Shown one piece after another: positions 23,960 to 33,507 of a stretch of DNA of 64,000 nucleotides (the first letter of the stretch is position 1; every line of letters starts with the position of its first letter). A program made the translations under genes and the position numbers. The DNA comes from Anaerolinea sp. (GTDB lineage: Bacteria; Chloroflexota; Anaerolineae; Promineifilales; Promineifilaceae): the NCBI GenBank assembly GCA_014879875.1, contig JACSRF010000600.1, positions 3,005-67,004 on the forward strand, read 5' to 3'. The notes beneath the pieces are model-generated. The model did no database searches and was not told the origin of the DNA. It saw only the letters and a program-made list of their open reading frames with translations.

Positions 23960-25984
23960 ATGGCGATCCTGTCAGCAGCTTACGTAGGTCAATCGTTTGG
24001 CGCTTTTGATGTCTTTCAAGGCGTCACCGGCAGCATCCCCCATGGCGGCAAAGTGGGGCTGGTGGGACCAAACGGCATTGGCAAAACCACACTGCTGCTC
24101 ATTCTGGCCGGGCTGAGCCAGCCAACCAGCGGCAGCGTCACCATTGCCCGTGGCGCGCGCATCGGCTATTTACCCCAAGAATCCTCCGACGCCTTTACCG
24201 GGCAAAATCACACCGTTTATGCGGAAATGCTTGGCGCATTTAGCGCCTTATTGGCCGACGAACAACGACTGCGCGAGATGGAGATCATGATGGCGCAGCA
24301 AGAAGCGCCGGCCGACTTGCTGGCGCGTTACAGCCAGTTGCAAGCAGCCTTTGAACTGGCCGGTGGATATCATTACCAGACACGCATCAAGCAAGTGTTG
24401 ACCGGCTTAGGCTTTTCCGAGCCAGACTGGGCGCTGCCCCTGCCCCATCTGAGTGGTGGACAAAAGACACGCGCTTTGTTGGCGCGCCTGCTGCTGGAAA
24501 CCCCTGATTTGCTCATTTTGGATGAACCCACCAACCATTTAGACATGGAGGCGGTGGAATGGCTGGAAGGGATGCTAAAAACGTGGGATGGGGCAGTGTT
24601 GGTGGTGAGCCATGACCGTTATTTCCTGGACCGGGTTGCGAATACCATCTGGGAAATGAACAGCGCCGGGATTGAGATTTATAGGGGAAATTACAGCGCC
24701 TACGTGGTGCAGCGGCAAAGCCGATGGGAACTGCTAACAAAAGCATTTGCCGACTTTAAGGCGTATGCGGAGAAGGAGATGGATTTCATTCGGCGCAACA
24801 TCGCCGGGCAGCGCACGCAAATGGCGCAGGGCAAGTTGAGCCGACTGGCGCGGGAGGTAGAAGCTGTCCGTGTCGGGGGCGTCGGGATTATCCCCCAATT
24901 AAATAGCAAAGGATGGCTGCAACTTTCGCAAGGGCTGGATTTGCGCCGGCCGGCCAGCACCGTTGGCGAACTGCAACAGCGGCTTGGGGAACTGCCAGCG
25001 CCATACCAGCCGCTCACGCTGAACCTGACGTTACGGCCGTCGCACCGCAGTGGTAACATCGTCTTGCGCACCACAAATTTACAGGCTGGCTACACAGCGC
25101 AAGTCCCTTTGTTTCAGGCGGAAGACATTGAACTGCACCGGCAAGAGTGCGCCGCCCTGATTGGGGGCAATGGCACGGGCAAAACAACTTTCTTGCGCAC
25201 AATTTTGGGGGAACTGTCGCCATTAAGCGGAGAGATCGAATTGGGCGCCAGTCTGAAAATCGGGTATTTTGCGCAAACACAGGAAAACATGAACCCGAAT
25301 AACAGCGTCTTGGATGAACTGCTGCTGCATAACAACATGCTCCTGAGCGAAGCACGGAGTTACCTGGCGCGTTTTCTGTTTCGTGGGGATGACGTCTATA
25401 AACAGGTACAATCATTGAGTGGCGGTGAGCGCAGTCGGCTGGCATTGGCGCTGCTCACGTTGGCCGAAGCCAATTTTCTGCTGCTGGATGAACCGACAAA
25501 TCATCTCGACATTCCGGCGCAGGAAGTGCTACAAGCGGCATTGGAAAACTTTGCCGGAACCGTGCTGCTGGTGTCGCACGACCGGTATCTGGTAGACCGG
25601 TTGGCAACACAGATATGGGAGTTACGCGACGGCCGTCTCCACGTCTATGCCATGCCTTATCAAGCATACCTGGCGCAGCGCCAGCAAGAACTGGAAGCAG
25701 CGCAACTGGCCGTTACATTGCAGCGGGAAACAGTCCCGGCTGCCCGGCAAACAAACGGACAGCAGCTCAGTAAAAACGAGCAGCGCCGCCGCGCCGTCGC
25801 TTTAAGTGAACTCGAAGAGCAAATTACCCTTACCGAAAAACGGCTGGACGCGATCAGCCAGGCATTGCAAGACACAACCCAGGCGCAAGCTTTTGACAAG
25901 ATACAAAGCCTGAGCATAGAATATACAAACGTAACCGAGGAACTCGACGCACTGCTAAGTGAATGGGAGATACTGCATGAGTGA
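23960..25984 (+). CDS. ABC-F family ATPase (Uup/YheS-like translation factor type)
   Basis: Two ABC cassettes (GPNGIGKTT/LSGGQKTR and GGNGTGKTT/LSGGERSR), no TM domain, and a C-terminal coiled coil. I chose ATG 23960 (MAILSAAYVGQSFG), which has TATAAT 7 nt upstream. Confidence 0.88.
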   Translation: MAILSAAYVGQSFGAFDVFQGVTGSIPHGGKVGLVGPNGIGKTTLLLILAGLSQPTSGSVTIARGARIGYLPQESSDAFTGQNHTVYAEMLGAFSALLADEQRLREMEIMMAQQEAPADLLARYSQLQAAFELAGGYHYQTRIKQVLTGLGFSEPDWALPLPHLSGGQKTRALLARLLLETPDLLILDEPTNHLDMEAVEWLEGMLKTWDGAVLVVSHDRYFLDRVANTIWEMNSAGIEIYRGNYSAYVVQRQSRWELLTKAFADFKAYAEKEMDFIRRNIAGQRTQMAQGKLSRLAREVEAVRVGGVGIIPQLNSKGWLQLSQGLDLRRPASTVGELQQRLGELPAPYQPLTLNLTLRPSHRSGNIVLRTTNLQAGYTAQVPLFQAEDIELHRQECAALIGGNGTGKTTFLRTILGELSPLSGEIELGASLKIGYFAQTQENMNPNNSVLDELLLHNNMLLSEARSYLARFLFRGDDVYKQVQSLSGGERSRLALALLTLAEANFLLLDEPTNHLDIPAQEVLQAALENFAGTVLLVSHDRYLVDRLATQIWELRDGRLHVYAMPYQAYLAQRQQELEAAQLAVTLQRETVPAARQTNGQQLSKNEQRRRAVALSELEEQITLTEKRLDAISQALQDTTQAQAFDKIQSLSIEYTNVTEELDALLSEWEILHE

Positions 25985-27422
25985 GCAGGTGAAAATCATT
26001 ACCCAAACTGGCAAGGTCATTGTCGGCATTACCGGCAATATTGCCACCGGTAAATCAGCCATTATGCGGCTGGCGCGGGACAATGGCGCCTTGACGATAG
26101 ATGCCGATCAGGTGGTCCACGAAATTATGGACACAGACGCCAACATGCAGGCTGCTATCGCCGTCGCTTTTGGTAATGAAGTACGCCTGCCCAACGGATT
26201 GATTAATCGCCGTACCCTGAGCAAAATTGCCTTTAACGACCAGAGCGCGCTGGCGGATCTGGAACAAATCGTTCATCCGGCTGTGCGCCTGGATATTGCT
26301 CGTCGCATTCATGAAACAGACAAACCCGTCATTTTTATTGAAGCCATCAAGCTGCTTGAAGGCCCACTGGTGGAGATGTGTCATCAGATTTGGGTCACGC
26401 GCTGTCCCAAACAACGCCAGCTAGAACGCCTGATGATTTGCCGGGGCATGGATGCCGAAACGGCTACCCGGCGCATAGACCTGCAATCGCCGCAAGAAGA
26501 AAAGGTCGCGCGCGCCGATGTTGTCATTGATACGGCCGGTTTGATGCGTGAGACAGAGACCCAATTTGAAATGGCTTGGGAACGGCTGCCAACAGCGGCA
26601 ACGGCCGTACCGATCACATTAACCCTGGCTGCGGAAACGGCCGTTCCCCCTCTGCCCGCAGCTGCTTCCATCCCGGTCAACGAACCAGAACAAACTCCCC
26701 AACCAGCGCCAACCACATTAAAACGGCCGATTTCCGATGCCCTCAAGAAAAAATTAGGCCGCACCCTGCCCGGCGCCCCCAAAACGCCCGCCACAACAGC
26801 CGCACCAACGCCAACACCTGATGCCACGCCACCTGATGTTGTGACGCCTGATGCCACGCCACCTCGCGCAACGCCCGTCGCCACGACGCCCGTCGCCACG
26901 ACGCCCGTCGCCACGACGCCCTTACCCACAGACACCAATGTCGAAGTGCGCCGTGCACGGCCGTCAGACATTCCCTCTATCCTCCTCCTCATCCACCACG
27001 CCACCGACGGTAAACTAAAACTCAAACGCGCCGATATGCTCGTCGCCCTTGGCGAGCGTAGTTACTTCATCGGACAGATAGGCACCAACATCCAGGCGGT
27101 AGTCGGCTGGAACATCGAAAACCTCGTCAGCCGTATAGACCAGATTTTCTTCCATCCGCTAGCAGCCATTCCCACCGTTGGCAAAGCTATTCTTGACAGC
27201 ATCGAGCAGTCGGCAGACCGGCACATTTGCGAAATCATCGTCGCTTTTCTCTCCCACGACACCCCACCCGCGCTGCGGCAGTTGTTTGCCGCCTATGACT
27301 TTGTCCCGGCCGAACTGGAGAAAATGCCCGCAGCCTGGAAAGCCGCCATTCAAGAGTCACCACCAGAACAGGCAGATTTTGTTGTTAAAGTGCTGCGTGA
27401 ACGTGTCACACACCCAATTTAA
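25977..27422 (+). CDS. coaE: dephospho-CoA kinase fused via a Pro/Thr-rich linker to a GNAT-like C-terminal domain
   Basis: MSEQVKIITQTGKVIVGITGNIATGKSA (CoaE P-loop). The linker is TPATTAAPTPTPDATPPDVVTPDATPPRATPVATTPVATTPVATTP. The C-terminal ~150 aa (VEVRRARPSDIPSILLLI...) have an acetyltransferase-like pattern. The start overlaps the ABC-F stop (ATGAGTGA). Confidence 0.8.
   Translation: MSEQVKIITQTGKVIVGITGNIATGKSAIMRLARDNGALTIDADQVVHEIMDTDANMQAAIAVAFGNEVRLPNGLINRRTLSKIAFNDQSALADLEQIVHPAVRLDIARRIHETDKPVIFIEAIKLLEGPLVEMCHQIWVTRCPKQRQLERLMICRGMDAETATRRIDLQSPQEEKVARADVVIDTAGLMRETETQFEMAWERLPTAATAVPITLTLAAETAVPPLPAAASIPVNEPEQTPQPAPTTLKRPISDALKKKLGRTLPGAPKTPATTAAPTPTPDATPPDVVTPDATPPRATPVATTPVATTPVATTPLPTDTNVEVRRARPSDIPSILLLIHHATDGKLKLKRADMLVALGERSYFIGQIGTNIQAVVGWNIENLVSRIDQIFFHPLAAIPTVGKAILDSIEQSADRHICEIIVAFLSHDTPPALRQLFAAYDFVPAELEKMPAAWKAAIQESPPEQADFVVKVLRERVTHPI
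26871..26921 (+). repeat. perfect 15-bp tandem repeat x3.4 inside the coaE linker
   Basis: ACGCCCGTCGCCACG at 26871, 26886 and 26901, plus a partial copy. It encodes (TPVAT)n. An 18-bp duplicate CCTGATGCCACGCCACCT is present at 26817 and 26847. Confidence 0.9.
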
Positions 27423-27503
27423 TGAAAACGGAGCGCAGACAACCTGGCCTGCACTGACGAGCAAACCGCTCGTGCTCCATTATCAAAGGAGTTGTCATAG
27501 TAT

Positions 27504-27725
27504 ATGGACGCTGTTAAAACATGGATTACAAACCATCCAAACCTGTTTTCCTGGCTTATTCTAGCCATTGGCATGGTTGCCTTACTGCTGGTTGAAGCGC
27601 GGGACGTTGGGTTAGAAACCAGCCAATGGTTCTGGCTTATCGTGGTCACAACCCTCGTCGCCGGCGCCTGCATCTGGATCATCAGTTGGGGTGACGATGA
27701 CGAACCGGACACGGCCGAACAATAG
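27504..27725 (+). CDS. small membrane protein (2 predicted TM helices)
   Basis: 73-aa ORF with two hydrophobic stretches and an acidic tail. AAGGAG lies upstream. Immediately precedes the M50 protease gene. Confidence 0.5.
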   Translation: MDAVKTWITNHPNLFSWLILAIGMVALLLVEARDVGLETSQWFWLIVVTTLVAGACIWIISWGDDDEPDTAEQ

Positions 27726-27739
27726 CCACCCACACTACC

Positions 27740-28864
27740 ATGTACAATAACACGAGCGGCCCCGCTGTCCCCCCAGACAAAGTTGAAGCCTTGCGGCATA
27801 GTATCCCTGATTTATTTACAATCTCAGATACGACGCTAGACCAGCCCCACCCCGGTTATGTTCGGTTCCGTGGACATTTTCTGCAAGACCCGGCGCGCTG
27901 TTATGATGACCTGCGCATCCGCTTTGAACAACACGGATTTACCCCCATGCTGCGCCAGGAGCAGGAACGGGTCGCCCTCATTGCCCTGCCCATGGTGTTC
28001 ACCGCCCAAAAAACCAACCCCATCGTCAACCTGATCCTGCTGCTCTTCACCATTCTCTCCACCCTCTACCTGGGCGCCACCTATGGGCTTACCGCCGGAA
28101 CAACGTTGAATTTGTGGAGCGGTTGGCCGTTTTGCGCCAGCATCATGCTGATTTTAGGCGCGCACGAACTGGGACACTACTTTGCCGCGCGTTACCATAA
28201 AGTACCTGTAACACTGCCATACTTTATCCCGCTGCCGCCTCCGTTCTCACTCTTTGGTACCCTGGGCGCATTTATTCAATTGAAAGCGCCAATCAAAAGC
28301 CGCCGCGCCCTACTGGACGTCGGCGCGGCCGGACCTTTAGCCGGATTCGTTTTTGCGTTACCCATTCTCATATATGGGCTGGCAACGTCACCTGTCGGAC
28401 CAATCGGCCCACTTCCAGCAGATGGCGTCATTTTATTGGAAGGAAACTCCATCTTGTATGCCCTCACCAAGTTCATGATCTTTGGGCAGTTCTTGCCTAA
28501 TGGCAATCTGGACGTGCAGTTGAATCAGGTGGCCTGGGCTGGCTGGGTAGGCTTACTGGTGACGGGATTAAATCTACTCCCCGTTGGGCAGCTCGATGGC
28601 GGACATATCATGTACGTACTATTAGGGCAGCGCGCGCGTCAACTGTTCTGGCCTGTGCTGTTGGCGCTTGGAATACTGGTCGTTTTAACGGGAACGCCTA
28701 CCTGGGTTATCTGGATCGTGATCTTGTTCTTCTTGGGGCGCAATCATGCTGAACCATTAGATGATGTGACGCCATTAGACAACAGACGAAAAGCTATCGC
28801 CAGGTTTACACTGATTTTGTTCCTGCTGGTATTCGTCCCCATTCCCATTCAGATTTTACAGTAA
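27740..28864 (+). CDS. site-2 protease family (M50) membrane metalloprotease
   Basis: 374 aa. HELGHY zinc motif, later NLLPVGQLDGGH. Polytopic. Confidence 0.85.
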   Translation: MYNNTSGPAVPPDKVEALRHSIPDLFTISDTTLDQPHPGYVRFRGHFLQDPARCYDDLRIRFEQHGFTPMLRQEQERVALIALPMVFTAQKTNPIVNLILLLFTILSTLYLGATYGLTAGTTLNLWSGWPFCASIMLILGAHELGHYFAARYHKVPVTLPYFIPLPPPFSLFGTLGAFIQLKAPIKSRRALLDVGAAGPLAGFVFALPILIYGLATSPVGPIGPLPADGVILLEGNSILYALTKFMIFGQFLPNGNLDVQLNQVAWAGWVGLLVTGLNLLPVGQLDGGHIMYVLLGQRARQLFWPVLLALGILVVLTGTPTWVIWIVILFFLGRNHAEPLDDVTPLDNRRKAIARFTLILFLLVFVPIPIQILQ

Positions 28865-28959
28865 CAACATGGCAAGAGGAGCGGATCGCTTTAGCCGGAA
28901 CGCTCCGATTAAAGGTAAAGGAAAGCGATCCGGAGATCGCCAAGTTATTTGGAGAGCAT

Positions 28960-29628
28960 ATGCGGAAATTGATTCGTCTGGGCGCTAAATTGATCATGTT
29001 CTTAATAGCCGATGTAACCGCAATCGGCACAGAAAACCTGCCGGCCAATGGCAGCTTCATCGCTGCGTCCAACCACCTGGGGCGCGTAGACGCCATCCTT
29101 ACCCTGACGCTCATTGACCGCAGTGACCTCATTTTAATGATCGCTGAAAAATATCGAAAATCCGCCTTTTGGCGTTTCGTTGTCAAACACCTGGACGCCA
29201 TCTGGCTCAACCGGTTTGAGGCTGATTTTCATGCTCTGCGCATCGTTGTCAAACGGCTGCGGCAAGGGCAGTTTCTGGTCATTGCGCCTGAGGGTACACG
29301 CAGCCAACAAGAAACATTGATGCTTGCTAAACATGGCACAGCCTTTCTGGCTGCCAAAACCGGCGCCCCCATTATCCCCATTGCCCTTTATGGCACAGAA
29401 GATCGCGTTATTAAGCAAAATCTGCGCCGTTTCAAACGCAGTAAAATTGTCGTGCAAGCAGGGGCCCCCTTCACTTTGCCTCCGCTTGATCACAAAAATC
29501 GCGATCAATACCTGCAAGCACAAACCGACGAAATCATGTGTCGTATTGCCGCCATGCTGCCCCCCTCTTATCATGGTGTTTATGCCGACCATCCACGGCT
29601 GCGCGAGCTAACGGAATGTGAAGCGTGA
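28960..29628 (+). CDS. plsC: 1-acyl-sn-glycerol-3-phosphate acyltransferase
   Basis: 222 aa. NHLGRVD (HX4D) and APEGTRS motifs. Confidence 0.85.
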   Translation: MRKLIRLGAKLIMFLIADVTAIGTENLPANGSFIAASNHLGRVDAILTLTLIDRSDLILMIAEKYRKSAFWRFVVKHLDAIWLNRFEADFHALRIVVKRLRQGQFLVIAPEGTRSQQETLMLAKHGTAFLAAKTGAPIIPIALYGTEDRVIKQNLRRFKRSKIVVQAGAPFTLPPLDHKNRDQYLQAQTDEIMCRIAAMLPPSYHGVYADHPRLRELTECEA

Positions 29629-29668
29629 AGTTTGTCTATTGACGTTTCACGCTTCACGTTTCACGGTT
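29618..29668. terminator. hairpin built from heptamer repeats between convergent plsC and the FAD oxidase gene
   Basis: GTGAAGCGTGAA (29618-29629, overlapping the plsC stop) pairs with TTCACGCTTCAC (29646-29657), followed by GTTTCACGGTTTTT. Confidence 0.65.
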
Positions 29669-29674
29669 TTTCCT

Positions 29675-31054
29675 CTACGCAAAAATTTTTCCCGGATTCA
29701 AAATACCATTGGGGTCAAGCGTTTGCTTGATCTGACGCATCACGTCTAATGCCGCGCCATGCTCGTAGGGCATTAGCGGCGCTTTGCCAATGCCTACGCC
29801 ATGCTCGCCGGTTGCCGTTCCTCCCAGGTCTACTGCCTTGCAGATAACGGCCGCATTGACAGCCTTGACGCGCCGGTGCGCATCCTCATCCTGGTACGCC
29901 AACGTGAAGTGCATGTTGCCATCCCCCGCATGACCGATGAGAAAACCAGATACGTCCTGCGCCTGCATTTCCTGTTCGGCATAGGCCACCAACGCCGGGT
30001 AGGCGCTGATAGGCACAGCCACATCCATCGGCATCCACGAAATACCAGGATTCAAGCGCAATTTGGTCTCATAAGTCTGGTGACGGGCGTGCCAGATGCG
30101 CTGGCGCTCGGTGGGATCGGCCGTTGCATAGACACGTGTCGCGCCCATCTCATCACATATTTCACGCACCATGTCCAGTCCTAATTGAATGGTTTCGGCA
30201 TGAGTGGCGTGAAACTCCATCAACAGCGTGGGTTGGGCGGGTAGATCCACGCCGTTTTCTTGGGCAAGCATGGCGGCCGTAGAAGCGTCAATAAAATCGA
30301 GCGCCGCCAGGTCCAGGCCGGTTCCCTTGATGGCAACAACTGCGGCCACGGCCGTTTCCACATCAGCAAACGACGCCGCCACCGCACTCATCAGGGCCGG
30401 AATTGGCGTCAGCTTCAACGTCGCTTGCGTAATCACCCCCAACGTGCCCTCACTGCCCACAAACAGATGCAGTAAATCGTACCCCGACGACTGCTTGATG
30501 GAGCGCGAACCCACGTGAATGAGACGGCCGTCGGCCAGCGCCACCTCCATCCGCAGCACATTATCTTTCGACGCCCCATACTTCACCGTGCGAATGCCGG
30601 CCGCATTATTCGCCAACATCCCGCCAATCGTCGCATTCGCCCCGGGGTCTGGCGGAAAAAAGAGGCCATACACCGCCAACTTTTTGTTCAAATCCTTGTA
30701 ACCAATGCCCGGTTGCACCGTCACCTGAAAATCATCAACATGAACCGCTACAATCGCCTGCATCCGCCCGGTTGAGAGCACAATGCCGCCATACAGCGGG
30801 ATCGGGTTGCCTTCCAACGACGACCCTACACCCCACGGCGTTACTGGAATGCGCTGCTCATTTGCCAGGCGCAGCACGCCAGCCACCTGCGCCGCCGTTG
30901 TCGGCCACACGACCACCTCGCCCAAATGGGGCGGGTGGCTCGACATGTCGGCGGCGTGCAGATTCAGTTCAGATACGGCCGTACTGACCCCATCCGTCCC
31001 CACAATTGCCTGCAATTGTTGCAAAACGTCATCTGTAACCAGGTTATACGACAT
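29675..31054 (-). CDS. FAD-linked oxidase (GlcD/D-lactate dehydrogenase family)
   Basis: 459 aa. An N-terminal PCMH-type FAD-binding domain ([13 protein letters not shown]) and a C-terminal GEHGVGIGK. Confidence 0.88.
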   Translation of the reverse strand: MSYNLVTDDVLQQLQAIVGTDGVSTAVSELNLHAADMSSHPPHLGEVVVWPTTAAQVAGVLRLANEQRIPVTPWGVGSSLEGNPIPLYGGIVLSTGRMQAIVAVHVDDFQVTVQPGIGYKDLNKKLAVYGLFFPPDPGANATIGGMLANNAAGIRTVKYGASKDNVLRMEVALADGRLIHVGSRSIKQSSGYDLLHLFVGSEGTLGVITQATLKLTPIPALMSAVAASFADVETAVAAVVAIKGTGLDLAALDFIDASTAAMLAQENGVDLPAQPTLLMEFHATHAETIQLGLDMVREICDEMGATRVYATADPTERQRIWHARHQTYETKLRLNPGISWMPMDVAVPISAYPALVAYAEQEMQAQDVSGFLIGHAGDGNMHFTLAYQDEDAHRRVKAVNAAVICKAVDLGGTATGEHGVGIGKAPLMPYEHGAALDVMRQIKQTLDPNGILNPGKIFA

Positions 31055-31057
31055 CCC

Positions 31058-31627
31058 TTATGCCTCCATCCTTGTTTGCCGTCGCTGCCACAGCCAGACA
31101 AGCAAAACGCCACCGAGCAGCAATACCAATGACAGCCAGCGAGGGACCATCTGCGTTGGCGTGGGCAAAACAGCCGGCGGCGTCTTTGCTTTCTGCCAAT
31201 CCACCGCGGCCGACCGCGCCCCTGTAGTGATCGCATTCTCAAAATTAGCCCCGGTCACATTCACAGCCCGCAGCCGCGCATTCTGCCAATCAGAACCGGC
31301 GCAATCGGCGCCTTCGCAGTTAATCCCGATCAGTTTTGCCCCCGTCAGCTGCGCCTGGCTCAAATTTGCCTGCGCAAAATTGATGCCGGCAACAAAGGCG
31401 TCGCTCAAATCGGCCGCCGATAAATCTGCTCCCTGCATCTCATTATTGGCAACAACAGCCTTCTGCAAATTGACGCCGTGTAAATTCGCATTTGTCAGGC
31501 GCGCCCCCGTTAAGCGCGCCCCAGACAAATCAAGACCACTGGCGTCTGCTCCGGTCAAATCCTGGCGCTGCTGTATCGCTGCTAAAAATGCTTCTCGTGT
31601 TGCAAACTTAACTTCTGCTGCTGTCAT
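31058..31627 (-). CDS. pentapeptide-repeat protein with C-terminal TM anchor
   Basis: 189 aa. Continuous A(D/N)LxG-type pentapeptide repeats, and a C-terminal hydrophobic helix LSLVLLLGGVLLVWLW. Confidence 0.85.
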   Translation of the reverse strand: MTAAEVKFATREAFLAAIQQRQDLTGADASGLDLSGARLTGARLTNANLHGVNLQKAVVANNEMQGADLSAADLSDAFVAGINFAQANLSQAQLTGAKLIGINCEGADCAGSDWQNARLRAVNVTGANFENAITTGARSAAVDWQKAKTPPAVLPTPTQMVPRWLSLVLLLGGVLLVWLWQRRQTRMEA

Positions 31628-31910
31628 CTTTACCTGCCTTAAAAATAACGGGGATTGTAGGATTTTTTCTTATATCTTTTAATCCCCTAACCTGGATAAA
31701 CCAAAAAAGAGATTCATCTTATGTGCCCTTATCTTAACTGAAAATCGGTTCTTTTCATCTATTTGCCATCGCTTGCCCGGCGTCTGTTTGCCGCAGACTT
31801 GCCAGACAAATGGGTGAATGCTATTGTGTAGAGAAAGAAGAACCGCGTTCCGCGGAAGGAGTGCAGTTCCGACAAGGATTATTCAAGTTTCATTCCTTAC
31901 GAGGCATACC

Positions 31911-33464
31911 ATGAAGAAAAAAACAGTTGTCTGGCAATGGTTCATGATTATTCTGCTGCTGTTATCATTGGCAGCCTGCCGCAGTGAAGTAGAGCAAGAG
32001 TTCCCGATCACGCTGGTCGTGCCAACGGCCGTTGGGTCAGGCGGGGAGGAGCCTGTCGCGGCACTGCCTACAGCCAGCAGCGCCCCAATTCAGGCGGCGG
32101 CAACGGTGACAATAGCAGGGGATGAGAGTGACGCAACGGCCGTTTCCCTCGCCACCCCTACGTTACAGTCCACCGCTACCCCCGCAGGCACGCCCACAGC
32201 CCCCCCCGTCACCAATCCGGTCACCAGCATTGTCAGCCGGCCGCCGCTGCCAGGTATCAGCCGTGACCTGCTGTTCATCGCCGATGGCGCATTGCAGTTG
32301 TGGGCGCGTAACGGGCAGGTGGAAACCATTTTGCCCGGCGGTGGCAGCGGTGAACGGGAGCGCCCAGAAATCTATTTGACCGGTGATGTCAGCAGTTTTG
32401 CCGTGACGGCCGACGGCCGTTTCCTGGTGGCCGCCCGCGTTACCCATACAGACCCAATTAGCCCCACACGGGCGCAAACCTTTACCATTGTTTCTGTCAA
32501 CCTGGATCGCCGCGAAAGCCGCACCCTGGTCGCTGAAGCATTCGACGTGCGCGCCCTGACCATTGCCGGGGATGGGCAGCATGTGGCCTTTGTGGCGCAA
32601 ACGGCGCAAAGCGAACCGGCCGAAGCCGCCTATGAAATGCGCGTGGTGCAGGTGGGCAGCGGCGCCGTCAAAATCGCAGCGCCATGCGCCATTCCGTGTG
32701 GCAATCTGGCCTGGCACCCAGATAATCAAAATGTGGTTTGGGGGGATGGCGAGATGGGCGTGCGGCTCTATAACGTGACGGCCAGAGAGCCACAGCTCCT
32801 GCTGGCAAGTCCGCGCAGCGGGGGTGACGTGACGGTTTATGGGCCAATTGCCTGGGCGCGCAACGGCCGTTTCCTGCTCATGTGGCGCAGCGCCATTGAA
32901 GGGGGCGACCGCGTAGTGCTGGACGTGCCAACCGGCCAGGTCATGCCCATCCCCAACAGCTTTGTGTACGCTGACCCACACTGGACGGCCGTTACCTGGA
33001 TGCAAGATGACCGGCTGTTAGTATCACGCCCACAACTGAGCGGGGAGCAGTTGCGCCCCCCTGTTGTAGAAATCTGGCGCGTCAACCCTGACCAGGTGCA
33101 GTTGGTATTGGAAGAAACAGACGCTCTTGCGGTGGCCCCCAGTGGCATTGCCGCGCCATTTCATTTGGAAAGCGGCCGTTTCGGTTTCTTGCTCTACAAC
33201 CCCATCGCGCTCGACGCAAATGGCGTGTACCTGCTCAAAGGGTTTGGTGATCAATTAGATCGCGTCAATGCCCTCTGGCCGGCCGTTACGGCTTGGGACA
33301 TCGTGGCCGCCTGGAATCCAGATGGCAGCGGCGTCGTCATCCAACAAGCCAATGCCGGCGTATTTTACGCCCCTACCAACAATTCTGCCCTGTACAACAT
33401 CCAGCCCGCCCTCGGTCAATGGCCGCGCGACTTTTACTGGCTGCCACCGCGCATCCAACCATAA
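31911..33464 (+). CDS. lipoprotein with Pro/Thr-rich linker and beta-propeller-like (TolB/WD40-like) domain
   Basis: MKKKTVVWQWFMIILLLLSLAAC lipobox at the internal ATG 31911. A low-complexity TPTLQSTATPAGTPTAPP stretch. Repeated ...G..VA/F.. strands. Confidence 0.65.
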   Translation: MKKKTVVWQWFMIILLLLSLAACRSEVEQEFPITLVVPTAVGSGGEEPVAALPTASSAPIQAAATVTIAGDESDATAVSLATPTLQSTATPAGTPTAPPVTNPVTSIVSRPPLPGISRDLLFIADGALQLWARNGQVETILPGGGSGERERPEIYLTGDVSSFAVTADGRFLVAARVTHTDPISPTRAQTFTIVSVNLDRRESRTLVAEAFDVRALTIAGDGQHVAFVAQTAQSEPAEAAYEMRVVQVGSGAVKIAAPCAIPCGNLAWHPDNQNVVWGDGEMGVRLYNVTAREPQLLLASPRSGGDVTVYGPIAWARNGRFLLMWRSAIEGGDRVVLDVPTGQVMPIPNSFVYADPHWTAVTWMQDDRLLVSRPQLSGEQLRPPVVEIWRVNPDQVQLVLEETDALAVAPSGIAAPFHLESGRFGFLLYNPIALDANGVYLLKGFGDQLDRVNALWPAVTAWDIVAAWNPDGSGVVIQQANAGVFYAPTNNSALYNIQPALGQWPRDFYWLPPRIQP

Positions 33465-33468
33465 AAAA

Positions 33469-33499
33469 GGCCTGACAGGTCTGGCTGACCTGTCAGGCC
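33469..33499 (-). terminator. terminator hairpin (GACCTGTCAGG family) between convergent genes
   Basis: GGCCTGACAGGTC-TGGCT-GACCTGTCAGGCC (13-bp stem). The T-run (CCTTTTTTAT) is present only on the minus-strand reading, so it should serve the 1342-aa gene. Confidence 0.8.
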
Positions 33500-33507
33500 C
33501 CCTAATG

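Noticed and set aside
30783-31682. 299-aa plus-strand ORF (also 8052..8801 minus, 10469..11257 minus, 32163..33005 minus, 21057..21875 plus, 44767..45423 plus, 49875..50642 minus, 506..1078 plus)
   Set aside because: All lie antisense to, or overlap, much better supported genes. Their translations are Arg/Pro/Ala/Gly-rich low-complexity strings, typical of open antisense frames in GC-rich DNA. No motifs or RBS.
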